A stretch of 64,000 bases of DNA, taken from positions 1,039-65,038 of the forward strand of contig CAYFZI010000009.1 of NCBI GenBank assembly GCA_964347635.1. The letters run 5' to 3'. Below, piece by piece: positions 46,510-55,823 of the stretch. The position numbers and the translations under genes were made by a program. The DNA comes from an uncultured Dehalococcoidia bacterium. GTDB taxonomy: Bacteria > Chloroflexota > Dehalococcoidia > Bin125. Within the stretch, counting starts at the first letter, position 1. Each line of letters opens with the position of its first letter. Below the pieces are notes generated by a model. It searched no databases, had not been told where the DNA came from, and was given only the letters and a program-made list of their open reading frames with translations.

Positions 46510-47295
46510 CTATCCAGAGCCGTGCCCAGAGCGGTGCATTGCCGCTTCGACTGAGGTTGTGAGATCGAGCGGCGCGGCGGGCCGATCGAGGTCGGTGCGG
46601 CCGTCGGCGATCGCGCGAAGCGTCTCGACCACGAAGATCGGTTCACGCTCCGCGCCGGCGGCCCGGATCGCCTGGAACAGCGCCGATTGTTCATCTCCCG
46701 CCGTGTGTTCGGCCTGCCAGAGCGGGGCGAACTGGCCGCCGCGGATGCCGTAGCGGCAGAGGCTGACAACCGCGCCGCGATCGAGCGCGGCGTTGATCCG
46801 CTGGAGCATCATGCCGCTCTCCTGCGCGCGCTCCGCGATCAGTTGGTGAATCACCGCCTGCCAGGTCCCGATCGGGCCGTCGGGCAGCGCGGGGTGCAGG
46901 TTGAGCATCGGCAGCGCCTCGAAGAGCACATCGGTCGCGACCAGCATGTAGCCGGCCAGCAGCGCCAGATCGGGTCGGTGCGGCGAGATCTGTGCGAGCG
47001 CGCGGGCGTCGAAGTCTCGCCGCCAGGGCGCCAGCTCGCCATGGGGATCGGAGATTGCCCCGTGGACGCGCCGCCGCCAGGCGAGCGAGCTGCTGGTGAT
47101 CAGCGGGATGCCGGCCTGCGCGGCATCATCGAGGAAGGCATCGGTCTTGGCCGATTGGCCGCGTTCGCGGTTGCAGAACACGCAGACGATTTCGGCGTCG
47201 AGGCGGCCCTCGGCGATGGCGTGCAGGGCGGCGCGAAGCAGCAGCCGCGAGCTGGTCCCGCGGGCCGATGCAAACCAGGCGATCCGCAGGGTCAT
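46510..47295 (-). CDS. formyltransferase-domain (PurN-like) protein, specific function unclear
   Basis: RIAWFASARGTSSR...PDLALLAGYMLVATDVLFEALPMLNLHPALPDGPIG resembles the PurN/Fmt N-terminal domain (NxHPSLLP block). The ATG overlaps the xseB stop (ATGA). Confidence 0.7.
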   Translation of the reverse strand: MTLRIAWFASARGTSSRLLLRAALHAIAEGRLDAEIVCVFCNRERGQSAKTDAFLDDAAQAGIPLITSSSLAWRRRVHGAISDPHGELAPWRRDFDARALAQISPHRPDLALLAGYMLVATDVLFEALPMLNLHPALPDGPIGTWQAVIHQLIAERAQESGMMLQRINAALDRGAVVSLCRYGIRGGQFAPLWQAEHTAGDEQSALFQAIRAAGAEREPIFVVETLRAIADGRTDLDRPAAPLDLTTSVEAAMHRSGHGSG

Positions 47296-47561
47296 TCATC
47301 CGTCTCATAGGCGGAGGCCTGCAGCTGCTCAATCCGCAGCTGGGCCTGGTCGAGCAGCTGCTGGGCGCGCGCGCCCAGCGCGATCCCCTCGCCGTAGGCC
47401 GTCACCATTTGGTCGAGCGGCAGTCCGCCGGCCTCGAGCTGCGCGATGACCAGCTCCAGCTGCGCAACGACCTGCTCAAAGCGCAGCGCCGGATCGACTG
47501 TCGTGTCGACCGCAGCGCCGACTGCAGTGCCGAGCGCCGGCTGCGCTGCGTCTTCAGCCAT
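47292..47561 (-). CDS. xseB: exodeoxyribonuclease VII small subunit
   Basis: LRFEQVVAQLELVIAQLEAGGLPLDQMVTAYGEGIALGARAQQLLDQAQLRIEQL is the canonical XseB helix-hairpin. ATG 47561 overlaps the xseA stop by 8 nt. Confidence 0.88.
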   Translation of the reverse strand: MAEDAAQPALGTAVGAAVDTTVDPALRFEQVVAQLELVIAQLEAGGLPLDQMVTAYGEGIALGARAQQLLDQAQLRIEQLQASAYETDE

Positions 47562-48888
47562 CCTGCCCGCCCTTCGGATCGTCTGCATCGACCGATTCAA
47601 TCAGCGCGCCAAGCCGCCCGTCGTGCATGCGAATCCGCACGCGCTGGCCGGCTGTCAGGCTCGCCGCCGAGACGGCCGGCGCGCCGTCGGCGCGGCTGAT
47701 CATCGCATATCCGCGCGCCAGCGTGGCGCTCGGGTCGAGCGCGGCCAAGCGTCCGCGCGACGCGGCCAGCGCTGTGCTGTGCGCGTTCAGCGCGCCCGCG
47801 GCGGCGCGCTCGACGCTGCGCAGCTGCTGGTACAGGCGGATCCGCAGCGCGCCCGGATCGGGCGCGGCGGCGGCCAGGCGCGCCTGCGACTCGGTCAAGC
47901 GCTGCTGCAGGCGCGCGGCGCGGCCCTCGACGATCTGCGAGCCGACGAGCAGCAACCCGCGGACGCGCGCCGCTTCCTCGACGCGGTCGGGCGCGGCCAG
48001 CTCGGCGGCCGCCGAAGGTGTGGGCGCGCGCACGTCGGCGACGAAATCGGCGATCGTGAAGTCGGTCTCGTGCCCCACCGCCGAGATCACCGGGATCGGG
48101 CTGGCGAAGACCGCGCGGGCGACCGGCTCCTCGTTGTAGGCCCAGAGGTCCTCGGGCGAACCGCCGCCGCGCGCGACGATCAGCAGATCGGGCGCTTCGC
48201 CGCGCTCGCGGTCCGCAAACGCAGCCAGCGCAGCGGCGATCGATTCGGCGGCGCCCTCGCCCTGGGTGAGGCAGGGGCTGAGGATCAGCGCCGCCAGCGG
48301 CCAGCGGCGCGCCAGCACCTGCTGGACATCGTGCCAGACCGCGCCGGCGGGCGAGGTGACGACGCCGATCCGCCGCGGGTAGCGCGGCAGCGGGCGCTTG
48401 CGCTCGGGTGCGAACAGCCCCTCCGCCTCCAGCATCGCGCGCATCCGCTCGAACTCCGCCTGCAGCACGCCGGTGCCGCGCGGGCGCACGCTGTCGACGA
48501 TCAGCTGGAGATCGCCGCGCTCGCGGTAGACGCCGACCTGTCCGTGCGCCAGCAGTTCATCGCCCTGATCGATCTGCGCGCCGCGGTTGCGCCCGCGGAA
48601 GAACACGCAGGAGAGCGCGCCGTTCTCGTCGGCGAGCCGAAAGTAGATATGCCCCGCGCCCGAGCGGCTGAAGTTGCGCACCTCGCCCTCGACCCAGACG
48701 TCTTGCAGCAGCCGATCGGCTTCGAGCAGCCCCGTGATGCGGTCGACGATCTCGCCGACGGGATAGGACTGCGGAGCCGCCGCCGCCGGCTCGGCTGGTT
48801 CGGGGTCGCCGAAAGCAAGCTGGCGGCGGTCGGCTGCGCGCTGCGCCGCGCGGCGCGCGTGCCAGCTGCGCGGCGCTCGCCGCGGCAT
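47554..48888 (-). CDS. xseA: exodeoxyribonuclease VII large subunit
   Basis: OB-fold N-terminus (VWVEGEVRNFSRSGAGHIYFRLADENGALSCVFF) plus the catalytic/coiled-coil body. 444 aa. Confidence 0.92.
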   Translation of the reverse strand: MPRRAPRSWHARRAAQRAADRRQLAFGDPEPAEPAAAAPQSYPVGEIVDRITGLLEADRLLQDVWVEGEVRNFSRSGAGHIYFRLADENGALSCVFFRGRNRGAQIDQGDELLAHGQVGVYRERGDLQLIVDSVRPRGTGVLQAEFERMRAMLEAEGLFAPERKRPLPRYPRRIGVVTSPAGAVWHDVQQVLARRWPLAALILSPCLTQGEGAAESIAAALAAFADRERGEAPDLLIVARGGGSPEDLWAYNEEPVARAVFASPIPVISAVGHETDFTIADFVADVRAPTPSAAAELAAPDRVEEAARVRGLLLVGSQIVEGRAARLQQRLTESQARLAAAAPDPGALRIRLYQQLRSVERAAAGALNAHSTALAASRGRLAALDPSATLARGYAMISRADGAPAVSAASLTAGQRVRIRMHDGRLGALIESVDADDPKGGQDG

Positions 48889-48901
48889 CGCGGCCCCCGC
48901 C

Positions 48902-49468
48902 TCAGGCCGACTCTGCCCGCTCCAGATACTGCCCGCTGCGCGTGTCGACCTTGACCATGTCGCCGGGGCCGATGAAGAGCGGTACGTTGATCGTTAGCCC
49001 CGTTTCCAGCGTGGCCGGCTTCGTCGCCCCGGTTGCGGTGTCGCCCTTGATGCCGGGATCACTGATGTCGACGCGCAGCGGCACGGCGGCCGGCAGCTCG
49101 ACGGCGATCGGGTCTTCGCCCACGACCAGCACCTCGACCTCAGAGTTCTCCGCCATGTATTGCACCGCCTCGCCGACCACCTCGGCTGAGAGCGGCTGCT
49201 GCTCGTAGGACTCGGTGTCCATGAAGTAGAACAGGCCGCCGTCGCGGTAGAGGTACTGCATGGTCTGGTGCTCGGTGCGCACGCGGCGAAACTTCGTGCC
49301 GGCCTGGAAGGTGCGCTCGATTGTGTGGCCGGCGCGCACATCGCGCAGCTTGATCCGCGCCTGCGCCGAGCCGCGGCCGACTTTGATGTGCTCCCAATCG
49401 ACGATTTGGTACTCAGCGCCGTCGAGCTCGATCACGAAGCCGCGTTTCAGGTCACCGGTCGAGATCAT
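48902..49468 (-). CDS. efp: elongation factor P
   Basis: 188 aa. MISTGDLKRGFVIELDGAEYQIVDWEHIKVGRGSAQARIKLRDV is the canonical EF-P N-terminus. Confidence 0.97.
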   Translation of the reverse strand: MISTGDLKRGFVIELDGAEYQIVDWEHIKVGRGSAQARIKLRDVRAGHTIERTFQAGTKFRRVRTEHQTMQYLYRDGGLFYFMDTESYEQQPLSAEVVGEAVQYMAENSEVEVLVVGEDPIAVELPAAVPLRVDISDPGIKGDTATGATKPATLETGLTINVPLFIGPGDMVKVDTRSGQYLERAESA

Positions 49469-49500
49469 TGCGGGCCGTCCTTACATCACGTGCAGGCGCG

Positions 49501-50583
49501 TTAGGCCATGCGCAGCTTCGGGCTGGCTGCGAACGATACAAAGCCCTCAGCGGTCAGCAGGCCCATGTCTTCGATCCGCACACCGCCCCACTCGGGCAGA
49601 TAGATGCCGGGCTCGATCGTGATCACGGAGCCTTCCTGCAGCACGTCTTCAGAGGTCTTGCCGATATGCGGCGCTTCGTGAATCTGCAGGCCGACGCCGT
49701 GCCCAAGTCCGTGCCCGAAGCGCTCGCCGTAGCCGGCCCCGTCGATCACGTCAAACGCGATCGCGTGCGCATCCTTGGCCCGCATGCCCGGCTCAACGAG
49801 CTGGGCGGCGGCGTCATGGGCCGCGAGCACGATGTCGTAGATCTCGCGGAAGCGCGCATCCGGCTCGCCGAGCGCGAAGGTGCGCGTCATATCGGCGCAG
49901 TAGCCGTCGATCCGCACGCCCATATCGATGATGATCGGCGCGCCTTCGCCGACCGCGGCGGCGCGCGGGCGGGCGTGCGGCCGCGCGCCCCAGGGGCCGG
50001 CTGCGACGATCGTGTCGAAGGCCATCGCCTCAGCGCCGCGGGTGCGGGCGTATTGCTCGATCTCCCAAGCCGTGCGGCGCTCCGTCCAGTCGGGCTGGAT
50101 GTGTTGGCACGCATAGGCGAAGGCCTCGTCGGTCAGCCGCGCGGCGCGGCGCAGGGCGTCGATCTCGGCCTCGTCTTTGCTGCTGCGCACGCGCTCGATG
50201 ATCGCGTTTGTCTGGACGAGCGCGGGTCGGCGGGAGGCGGGCAGCGCGGCGTTGGCCTCGCGCAGCGCCTTGTGCCCCGCGACGCTTAGCTCAGCTGCTT
50301 CAAAGCCCAGCCGGGCCCGTCCGATCGGCTTGCTGAAGTCGCTCCACCAGCTGCTCAGCTTGTCTTGGATGTGCAGGATTTCGAAGTCGGGCGCTTCGGC
50401 GGCGGCCTGCTCGAGATAGCGGAAATCGGTCGCGAGGGCGGCGTGCCCGCGGCCAATCAGCAGCCAGCCGCTGGAGCCGCTGAAGCCGCTGGCGTAGCGG
50501 CGGTTGTAGGGGCTGCCGATCAGCAGCGCCTCGATTTCGGCTTCGGCGAGGGCGGCGCGGATGCGCTCGAGTCGGTCGCTCAT
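49501..50583 (-). CDS. pepP: M24-family Xaa-Pro aminopeptidase
   Basis: Creatinase-like N-domain plus the pita-bread domain with HGLGHGVGLQIHE and the EPG/IEDM metal ligands. The aroQ-pepP-efp order matches Bacillus yqhS-yqhT-efp. Confidence 0.9.
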   Translation of the reverse strand: MSDRLERIRAALAEAEIEALLIGSPYNRRYASGFSGSSGWLLIGRGHAALATDFRYLEQAAAEAPDFEILHIQDKLSSWWSDFSKPIGRARLGFEAAELSVAGHKALREANAALPASRRPALVQTNAIIERVRSSKDEAEIDALRRAARLTDEAFAYACQHIQPDWTERRTAWEIEQYARTRGAEAMAFDTIVAAGPWGARPHARPRAAAVGEGAPIIIDMGVRIDGYCADMTRTFALGEPDARFREIYDIVLAAHDAAAQLVEPGMRAKDAHAIAFDVIDGAGYGERFGHGLGHGVGLQIHEAPHIGKTSEDVLQEGSVITIEPGIYLPEWGGVRIEDMGLLTAEGFVSFAASPKLRMA

Positions 50584-50614
50584 CGGCTCTAGCCTGACAT
50601 AGGGGTTTGGCGCA

Positions 50615-51061
50615 TTAGGAAGGCTTGGCCCGCTCTTGCAGCATCGGCACGAGCGCGTCGAGCGCGGCCAGATAGCCGCGCCAGCCGAGGCCGCAGACGA
50701 CGCCGTCCATCACGGGGGCGGTCACGAGGTTGTGTCGGAACGACTCGCGCGCGTGCACGTTGCTGAGGTGGACTTCCATTTTGCCGCCGGGAAAGGCTTC
50801 GAGCGCGTCGCGCAGCGAGTAGCCGTAGTGGGCAAGCGCACCGGGGTTGATGATCAGGCCTTCGGCGCTGCGTTCCTGCTGGATGAAGTCGATGATCGCG
50901 CCCTCGTGGTTGGAGTGGTAGGGGCGGATCGCGACGCCCCACTCCTCGGCGCGCTTGCGCACTAGCTCCTCGATTTCGGAGAGCGTTTGGCTGCCGTAGA
51001 TCTCCGGCCGGCGCTGCCCGAGGATGTTCAGGTTGGGGCCTGAAATCAGCAGCACCTTCAT
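50615..51061 (-). CDS. aroQ: type II 3-dehydroquinate dehydratase
   Basis: ATG 51061 (MKVLLISGPNLNILGQRRPEIYG) with GAGGA 6 nt upstream. NHEGAIID and INPGALAHYS-type motifs. Confidence 0.93.
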   Translation of the reverse strand: MKVLLISGPNLNILGQRRPEIYGSQTLSEIEELVRKRAEEWGVAIRPYHSNHEGAIIDFIQQERSAEGLIINPGALAHYGYSLRDALEAFPGGKMEVHLSNVHARESFRHNLVTAPVMDGVVCGLGWRGYLAALDALVPMLQERAKPS

Positions 51062-51069
51062 GCGTGTCC

Positions 51070-51987
51070 TCACTCCCCGCCTTCGGCCTCGGCCGGCCGG
51101 TTCGGGAATGCGCGGCGCGTCCGCTGCTCGCGCAGCAGCTCCGCGATGCCGTCCAAGGCATCCTCAACGGCGGCCCGCTTGCCGCGCTCGCTGACGTGCG
51201 TGTAGAGCTGCGTGGTGGAGACGCTGGCGTGCCCCAACAGCTCCTGAACGACGCGGAGGTCGGCGCCGCCGTCGAGCATATGAGTGGCGAACGAGTGCCG
51301 CAACAGATGCGGATGGACGCGGCCGCCAAGCCCGGCCTGGGCGGCGCAGCGCTGCACGCGCAGCTGCACCGCGCGGGCCGAGAGCGGGCCGCCGTAGCGG
51401 TTCAGCCAGAGCCAGTCGGCGCTGCGCTCGCCGGCCAGCGCCGCCCGCCCGCCCTGCAGGTAATCGCGCAGCGAACGCTCGGCCGGCCCGCCGAGCAGAG
51501 CGGCGCGCTCCTTGCCGCCCTTGCCGCGCACCACGAAGAGCATCGCGTCTGGGTCGTAGTCGCCGACCCGCATGGCGACCAGCTCGCTGACGCGCAGGCC
51601 GCAGCTGTAGAGCACATCGAGGATCGCGCGGTCGCGCAGCCCGGCCGGCGTTGAGCGATCGGGCGCCGCCAGCAGCGCCGCGATCTGCTCGGGGCTGAGC
51701 GTCTTGGGCAGCTGCACGGGGGCTTTGGGCGCGGCCGCCAGTTCGAGCGGGTTGCTGGGCAGCCGGCCGTCGCGGTGCAGGCGGCGCACGAACGATTTGA
51801 CCGTGCCGGCGCGCCGCCGAATGCTGGCCTCAGCTGTCCCGGCGTCGTAGAGGTCGGCCAGATAGCGGCGGTATTCGCGCCGCGTCAGCGCGGGCAGCTC
51901 GATCTGCTGCCCGCTCAGCCAGCGCAGGAAATGGCTCAGATCGCTGCGGTAGTTGCGCAGCGTGTGGGGCGAGAGGCCGCGGCTCAC
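51070..51987 (-). CDS. xerC: tyrosine recombinase XerC/XerD (CodV-like); true N-terminus unresolved
   Basis: Catalytic RHSFATHML...LLGHASVSTTQLYTHV. GTG 51987 is the first canonical start, but conserved N-terminal sequence (DLEEPWRGQLERYLERLR) continues upstream in frame to a TAA at 52096-52098 with no ATG/GTG/TTG. Confidence 0.85.
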   Translation of the reverse strand: MSRGLSPHTLRNYRSDLSHFLRWLSGQQIELPALTRREYRRYLADLYDAGTAEASIRRRAGTVKSFVRRLHRDGRLPSNPLELAAAPKAPVQLPKTLSPEQIAALLAAPDRSTPAGLRDRAILDVLYSCGLRVSELVAMRVGDYDPDAMLFVVRGKGGKERAALLGGPAERSLRDYLQGGRAALAGERSADWLWLNRYGGPLSARAVQLRVQRCAAQAGLGGRVHPHLLRHSFATHMLDGGADLRVVQELLGHASVSTTQLYTHVSERGKRAAVEDALDGIAELLREQRTRRAFPNRPAEAEGGE

Positions 51988-52092
51988 GCGCAGCCGCTCC
52001 AGATAGCGCTCCAGCTGCCCGCGCCAGGGCTCTTCAAGGTCGGATGCAACGCTGTCGATGGCGCGTCCGCGCCCGCCAAGCCACGCTGCCTG

Positions 52093-52098
52093 AGCTTA
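52093..52098 (-). promoter_or_regulatory. -10-like hexamer TAAGCT upstream of xerC
   Basis: The complement of AGCTTA at 52093-52098 reads TAAGCT. A GTG lies 8 nt downstream (52084-52082) but is +1 out of frame with the xerC body. Confidence 0.25.
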
Positions 52099-52178
52099 CA
52101 CCGCCCGCCCGCAAGCTTTGCACAACGCTCACAGCGCCCGCTCCGCCTACCCCGCGTGCGAAGAGGCAGCAGCGGAGC

Positions 52179-54692
52179 CTAGCGCCGCCGAGCGCCGGCG
52201 CCGCGCCGGCCGCGCGCTCCGCTCCTGGGCCGCTTGGGCTCCGCCAGCAGCGCCAGCGCCCGCTCGAGGTCAATCGTCTCAATGTCGTCTGTGTCCTTCA
52301 GGTTGCGCCGCTCTTTGCCGCTTTGCACGTAGGGGCCCCAGCGGCCCGGACGCACGACGACCTCTTCGCCGCTGCCGGGGTGTGCGCCGAGCAGCTTGGG
52401 GAAGCGCAGCCACTCGATCGCGTCTTCGAGCGTCACCGCGTCGAGCTCCATGCCGGCGGGCACCGAGGCGCGGCGCGGCTTGGGCGCACCGCGCCCGCGC
52501 TGCGTTTCGCCGATCTGGACGAACGGGCCGAAGCGGCCGTTCATCAGCCACACGTCGTCCTCGTGTTCGGGGTGCCGGCCGAGCAGGCGGGGCAGCTGCA
52601 TCGCGTTCTCGAGCAGCTCCGTCGCGGCGCTCAAGCTCAGATCGGCGGGCGCCATGTCGGGCGGCAGCGGCGCGGTGCGGCTCTGCTCGCCGGCGCCGCG
52701 GCGCAGAAAGGCCGAGCCGCCGCGCACCCGCACCTCGATGCGGTCGGGATCGGCGCCGCCGTTGCTGGGTGCTGTGAGCCGCAGGCCGTCTTCGCTGAGC
52801 TCCAGGGCCCAGAAAGGGATCGTGGCGATCTTCTCCTGCACCCGCGTTTTCAGGCCCGATTCGCCGTCGGGCCCGAAGTAGAAATGCGAGAGGTGGGTTT
52901 CGGAATCGGTCTCGCCGTTAGCGATCTGGTCCAGCTGGTCTTCCATCGCGGCGGTGAACTCGGCGTTGACGAGGTCGGCGAAGTGCTGGGTGAGCAGATC
53001 GGTGACGGCGAACCCGAGGAAGGTGGGGATCAGCGTCTGGCCCTTGCGGCTGACGTACTCGCGCTGGGTCAGCGTGCCGATCACGGCGGCGTAGGTGCTG
53101 GGCCGGCCGAGCCCGTCCTCTTCGAGCTTGCGCACCAGCGAGGCCTCGCTGTAGCGCGCCGGCGGCTGCGTTTCGCGGCCGCTCGTTTCGAGCGCTTCGA
53201 GCGCGGCCGGCTCGCCCTCGCGGAGCGGCGGCAGCACCGCGCCGCCGCCGCTGCCGCCGCGCGGCGGCAGGACGCGGTACCAGCCGTCGAAGAGCACGAC
53301 CTGCCCCGAGGCGCTCATCTCGGCCGGGTCGTCGGCGGGGCGCTCAGGCAGCGCGCTGCTGAACGTCGCGGAGGTGCGTTCGACGCGCGCGTTGGCCATC
53401 TGGCTGGCCAGCGTGCGGCGCCAGATCAGGTCGTAGAGGCGGTACTCATCAGCCTCCAGCACGCCGCGCAGCGACTCGGGCGTGCGCGCCAGATCGGTGG
53501 GGCGAATTGCCTCGTGCGCCTCCTGCGCGTTGCGCGAGCGGGTGCGGTAGATGCGCCGCTCGGCGTATGCAGCGCCGAACTGGGCGCGCACGAAGCCGTC
53601 CGCCTGCTCGAGCGCCTGCTCCGAGAGCGTCACCGAGTCGGTGCGCATGTAGGTGATCAGGCCGACCCGCTCTGAGCCGGTGTCCTTGCCCTGATAGAGC
53701 GCCTGGGCGGCGCCCATCGTGCGGCGGGCCGCGAAGCCGAGCCGGTTGGAGGCGTCCTGCTGCAGCGTTGATGTGGTGTAGGGCGGGCGCGGGCGCAGCG
53801 ACGCCTGGCGCCGCTCGATCGCGCTCACGCGCCAATCGGCGGCCTCGAGGAAGGGCGCGATCGCGCCCAGCGAGGCGCGCGTCTCGTGCCGCTTGTCCGC
53901 TTCGCTGAGCTGCCCGGCCGCGTCGAAGTCGGCGCTGGAGGATGCGAGCTGGCGCCCCCCGAGCGCCGTCAGCCTGGCGCGGACCACGCCCTGCTCGACG
54001 CGGAAGTCCGCCTCGGCGCCCCAGTATTCGGCCGTCACAAAGGCCATCCGCTCGCGCTCGCGCTCGACCAGGAAGCGCAGCGCGACGCTCTGCACCCGCC
54101 CCGCCGACGTGCCCTGGCCGAGCTTGCGCCAGAGCACCGGCGAGAGCGAGTAGCCGTAGAGGCGGTCGAGGATGCGGCGCGATTCCTGCGCTTCGACCAG
54201 ATTGAGATCCAGGCTGCGCGGCTCCGCCAGCGCCTGCTCGATCGCGTCGCGCGTGATCTCGTGGAAGACGATCCGCTCGTGCGGCACCTTGGGCTTGAGC
54301 ACCTCGACGAGGTGCCAGCCGATCGACTCGCCCTCGCGGTCCTCATCGGTGGCCAGCAGCACATGATCGGCGCTCTTGAGCTCCTTGCGCAGGCGCGTGA
54401 TGTGGCTGCGGCTCTCGCGCGGCACGATGTAGTGCGGCTCGAACCCGTTATCGACATCGACGGCGAAGTCGGCCCACGGCTTGCCTTTGATCGCGGCCGG
54501 GCGTTCGGCGGCGCGGCGCGGAAGATCGCGAATGTGCCCGAAGCATGCGGAGACGACATAATCATCGCCCAAAAACTGGCCGATCGTGTCCGCCTTCGCG
54601 CCCGATTCGACGATCACCAGCGTCTTGCCGGCGGCGGCCTCCCCGCGCTGCTGCATGCGGCCCGCGGAGCGCCCGCGCTTAGCTTCGGACAT
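52179..54692 (-). CDS. topA: DNA topoisomerase I
   Basis: TOPRIM LVIVESGAKADTIGQFLG, the active-site region ITYMRTDS, C-terminal GxxGPY/F repeats and a basic tail. Ends in TAG at 52179-52181. Confidence 0.96.
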   Translation of the reverse strand: MSEAKRGRSAGRMQQRGEAAAGKTLVIVESGAKADTIGQFLGDDYVVSACFGHIRDLPRRAAERPAAIKGKPWADFAVDVDNGFEPHYIVPRESRSHITRLRKELKSADHVLLATDEDREGESIGWHLVEVLKPKVPHERIVFHEITRDAIEQALAEPRSLDLNLVEAQESRRILDRLYGYSLSPVLWRKLGQGTSAGRVQSVALRFLVERERERMAFVTAEYWGAEADFRVEQGVVRARLTALGGRQLASSSADFDAAGQLSEADKRHETRASLGAIAPFLEAADWRVSAIERRQASLRPRPPYTTSTLQQDASNRLGFAARRTMGAAQALYQGKDTGSERVGLITYMRTDSVTLSEQALEQADGFVRAQFGAAYAERRIYRTRSRNAQEAHEAIRPTDLARTPESLRGVLEADEYRLYDLIWRRTLASQMANARVERTSATFSSALPERPADDPAEMSASGQVVLFDGWYRVLPPRGGSGGGAVLPPLREGEPAALEALETSGRETQPPARYSEASLVRKLEEDGLGRPSTYAAVIGTLTQREYVSRKGQTLIPTFLGFAVTDLLTQHFADLVNAEFTAAMEDQLDQIANGETDSETHLSHFYFGPDGESGLKTRVQEKIATIPFWALELSEDGLRLTAPSNGGADPDRIEVRVRGGSAFLRRGAGEQSRTAPLPPDMAPADLSLSAATELLENAMQLPRLLGRHPEHEDDVWLMNGRFGPFVQIGETQRGRGAPKPRRASVPAGMELDAVTLEDAIEWLRFPKLLGAHPGSGEEVVVRPGRWGPYVQSGKERRNLKDTDDIETIDLERALALLAEPKRPRSGARGRRGAGARRR

Positions 54693-55770
54693 AGAGCATC
54701 GGTCCCACCTGTCGCACCAACCCCTTCAGTTCGAGCATGGCCAGCGCGGCGCTGACCTCGTTGGCCGGGATCGCGGCCGCGCGCGAAGCCTCATCGACGT
54801 GCAGCGGCTCGGGGCCCAGCGCCTCGAGGACGGCGGCCTGCGTCGGGTCCTCGGGCAGCTGCTCGCTGAGCGAAATTTGCCGCTCGATCTGCTCGATCTG
54901 CAGCTCCTCGAGCATGTCCGCCGCGCAGGTCACGAGCTTGCCCAGGCCGCGTTGAATGATCAAATTGGCGCCCTCGCTCTCGGGCGACGTGATGCGCCCC
55001 GGCACGACGAAGACCTCGCGGCCCTGATCGAGCGCAGAGGTGACGGTATGCCAGGTGCCGGATTTCTTGCCCGCCTCGGTGACCAGCGTGCCCAGCGTCA
55101 TGCCGGCCAGGATGCGGTTGCGGCGCGGAAAGTTGTCCGCCTTGGGCCGCGCGCCGAGCGGATACTCGCTGACCACCGCGCCGGCCCCGGCATCGACGAT
55201 CCGCGCCGCCAGCGGCTTGTGCTCGGGCGGGTAGAGCTTGTCGATCCCGCCGGCCACCACGGCCACGGTCCGCCCGCCGCGGGCCAGCGCCGTCTGATGC
55301 GCGATCCCGTCGACGCCGCGGGCCAGGCCGCTGACCAGCGTGACGCCGGCGTCGGCCAGCTCGGCGCTGAGCGACTCGGTGACCTGCCGCCCGTAGGCGC
55401 TGGGGCGGCGCGTGCCGACGACGGCGATTGACCACTCGTCGCGCTCAGCCAGCTCGCCGTAGAGGTAGAGCAGCGGCGGCGGGTCGGCGATTTGACTCAA
55501 GCGCTTCGGATAGCGTTCATCATGCCAGCTGAGGGCCTGGATCCCGGCCTCCTCAACGCGGGTCCGCTCCTGGGCGGGGTTGAGCGCCGTCCGCGCGGCG
55601 CTGAGCCGCTCAACCGCCGCTGCATCGAGGCCCGCTTCGCGCCAGCCGCTTGGATCGCCGTGCCAGGCCGCCTCAAGCGTCTCGAAGCGCTGTTCGAGCC
55701 CGCGCATCCGCACCGGGCCGATCCCGGAGACGAAGCTGAAGGCGATGCGGTACGCGAGCTCGTCGGGCAC
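54679..55770 (-). CDS. dprA: DNA-processing protein DprA (Smf)
   Basis: GTG 55770. AVVGTRRPSAYG...SGLARGVDGIAHQTAL Rossmann-like DprA core and a C-terminal winged-helix-like LAMLELKGLV. Confidence 0.92.
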   Translation of the reverse strand: MPDELAYRIAFSFVSGIGPVRMRGLEQRFETLEAAWHGDPSGWREAGLDAAAVERLSAARTALNPAQERTRVEEAGIQALSWHDERYPKRLSQIADPPPLLYLYGELAERDEWSIAVVGTRRPSAYGRQVTESLSAELADAGVTLVSGLARGVDGIAHQTALARGGRTVAVVAGGIDKLYPPEHKPLAARIVDAGAGAVVSEYPLGARPKADNFPRRNRILAGMTLGTLVTEAGKKSGTWHTVTSALDQGREVFVVPGRITSPESEGANLIIQRGLGKLVTCAADMLEELQIEQIERQISLSEQLPEDPTQAAVLEALGPEPLHVDEASRAAAIPANEVSAALAMLELKGLVRQVGPMLYVRS

Positions 55771-55778
55771 GACTCGCT

Positions 55779-55784
55779 ACATTA
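55779..55784 (-). promoter_or_regulatory. -10-like hexamer TAATGT, 8 nt upstream of dprA GTG 55770
   Basis: The complement of ACATTA at 55779-55784 reads TAATGT. Confidence 0.3.
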
Positions 55785-55823
55785 CGCGCCGTTGCCGCCG
55801 CTGTCACGCCGCCGCGCCCGCCC

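Noticed and set aside
51070-52098. Tyrosine recombinase considered as a prophage or integrative-element integrase marking a mobile element.
   Set aside because: The context dprA-topA-xerC-aroQ-pepP-efp is a conserved housekeeping neighbourhood (compare smf-topA-...-codV in Firmicutes). No phage, transposase or cargo genes, tRNA target or flanking direct repeats were seen. It is a XerC/CodV-type chromosome-dimer resolvase.
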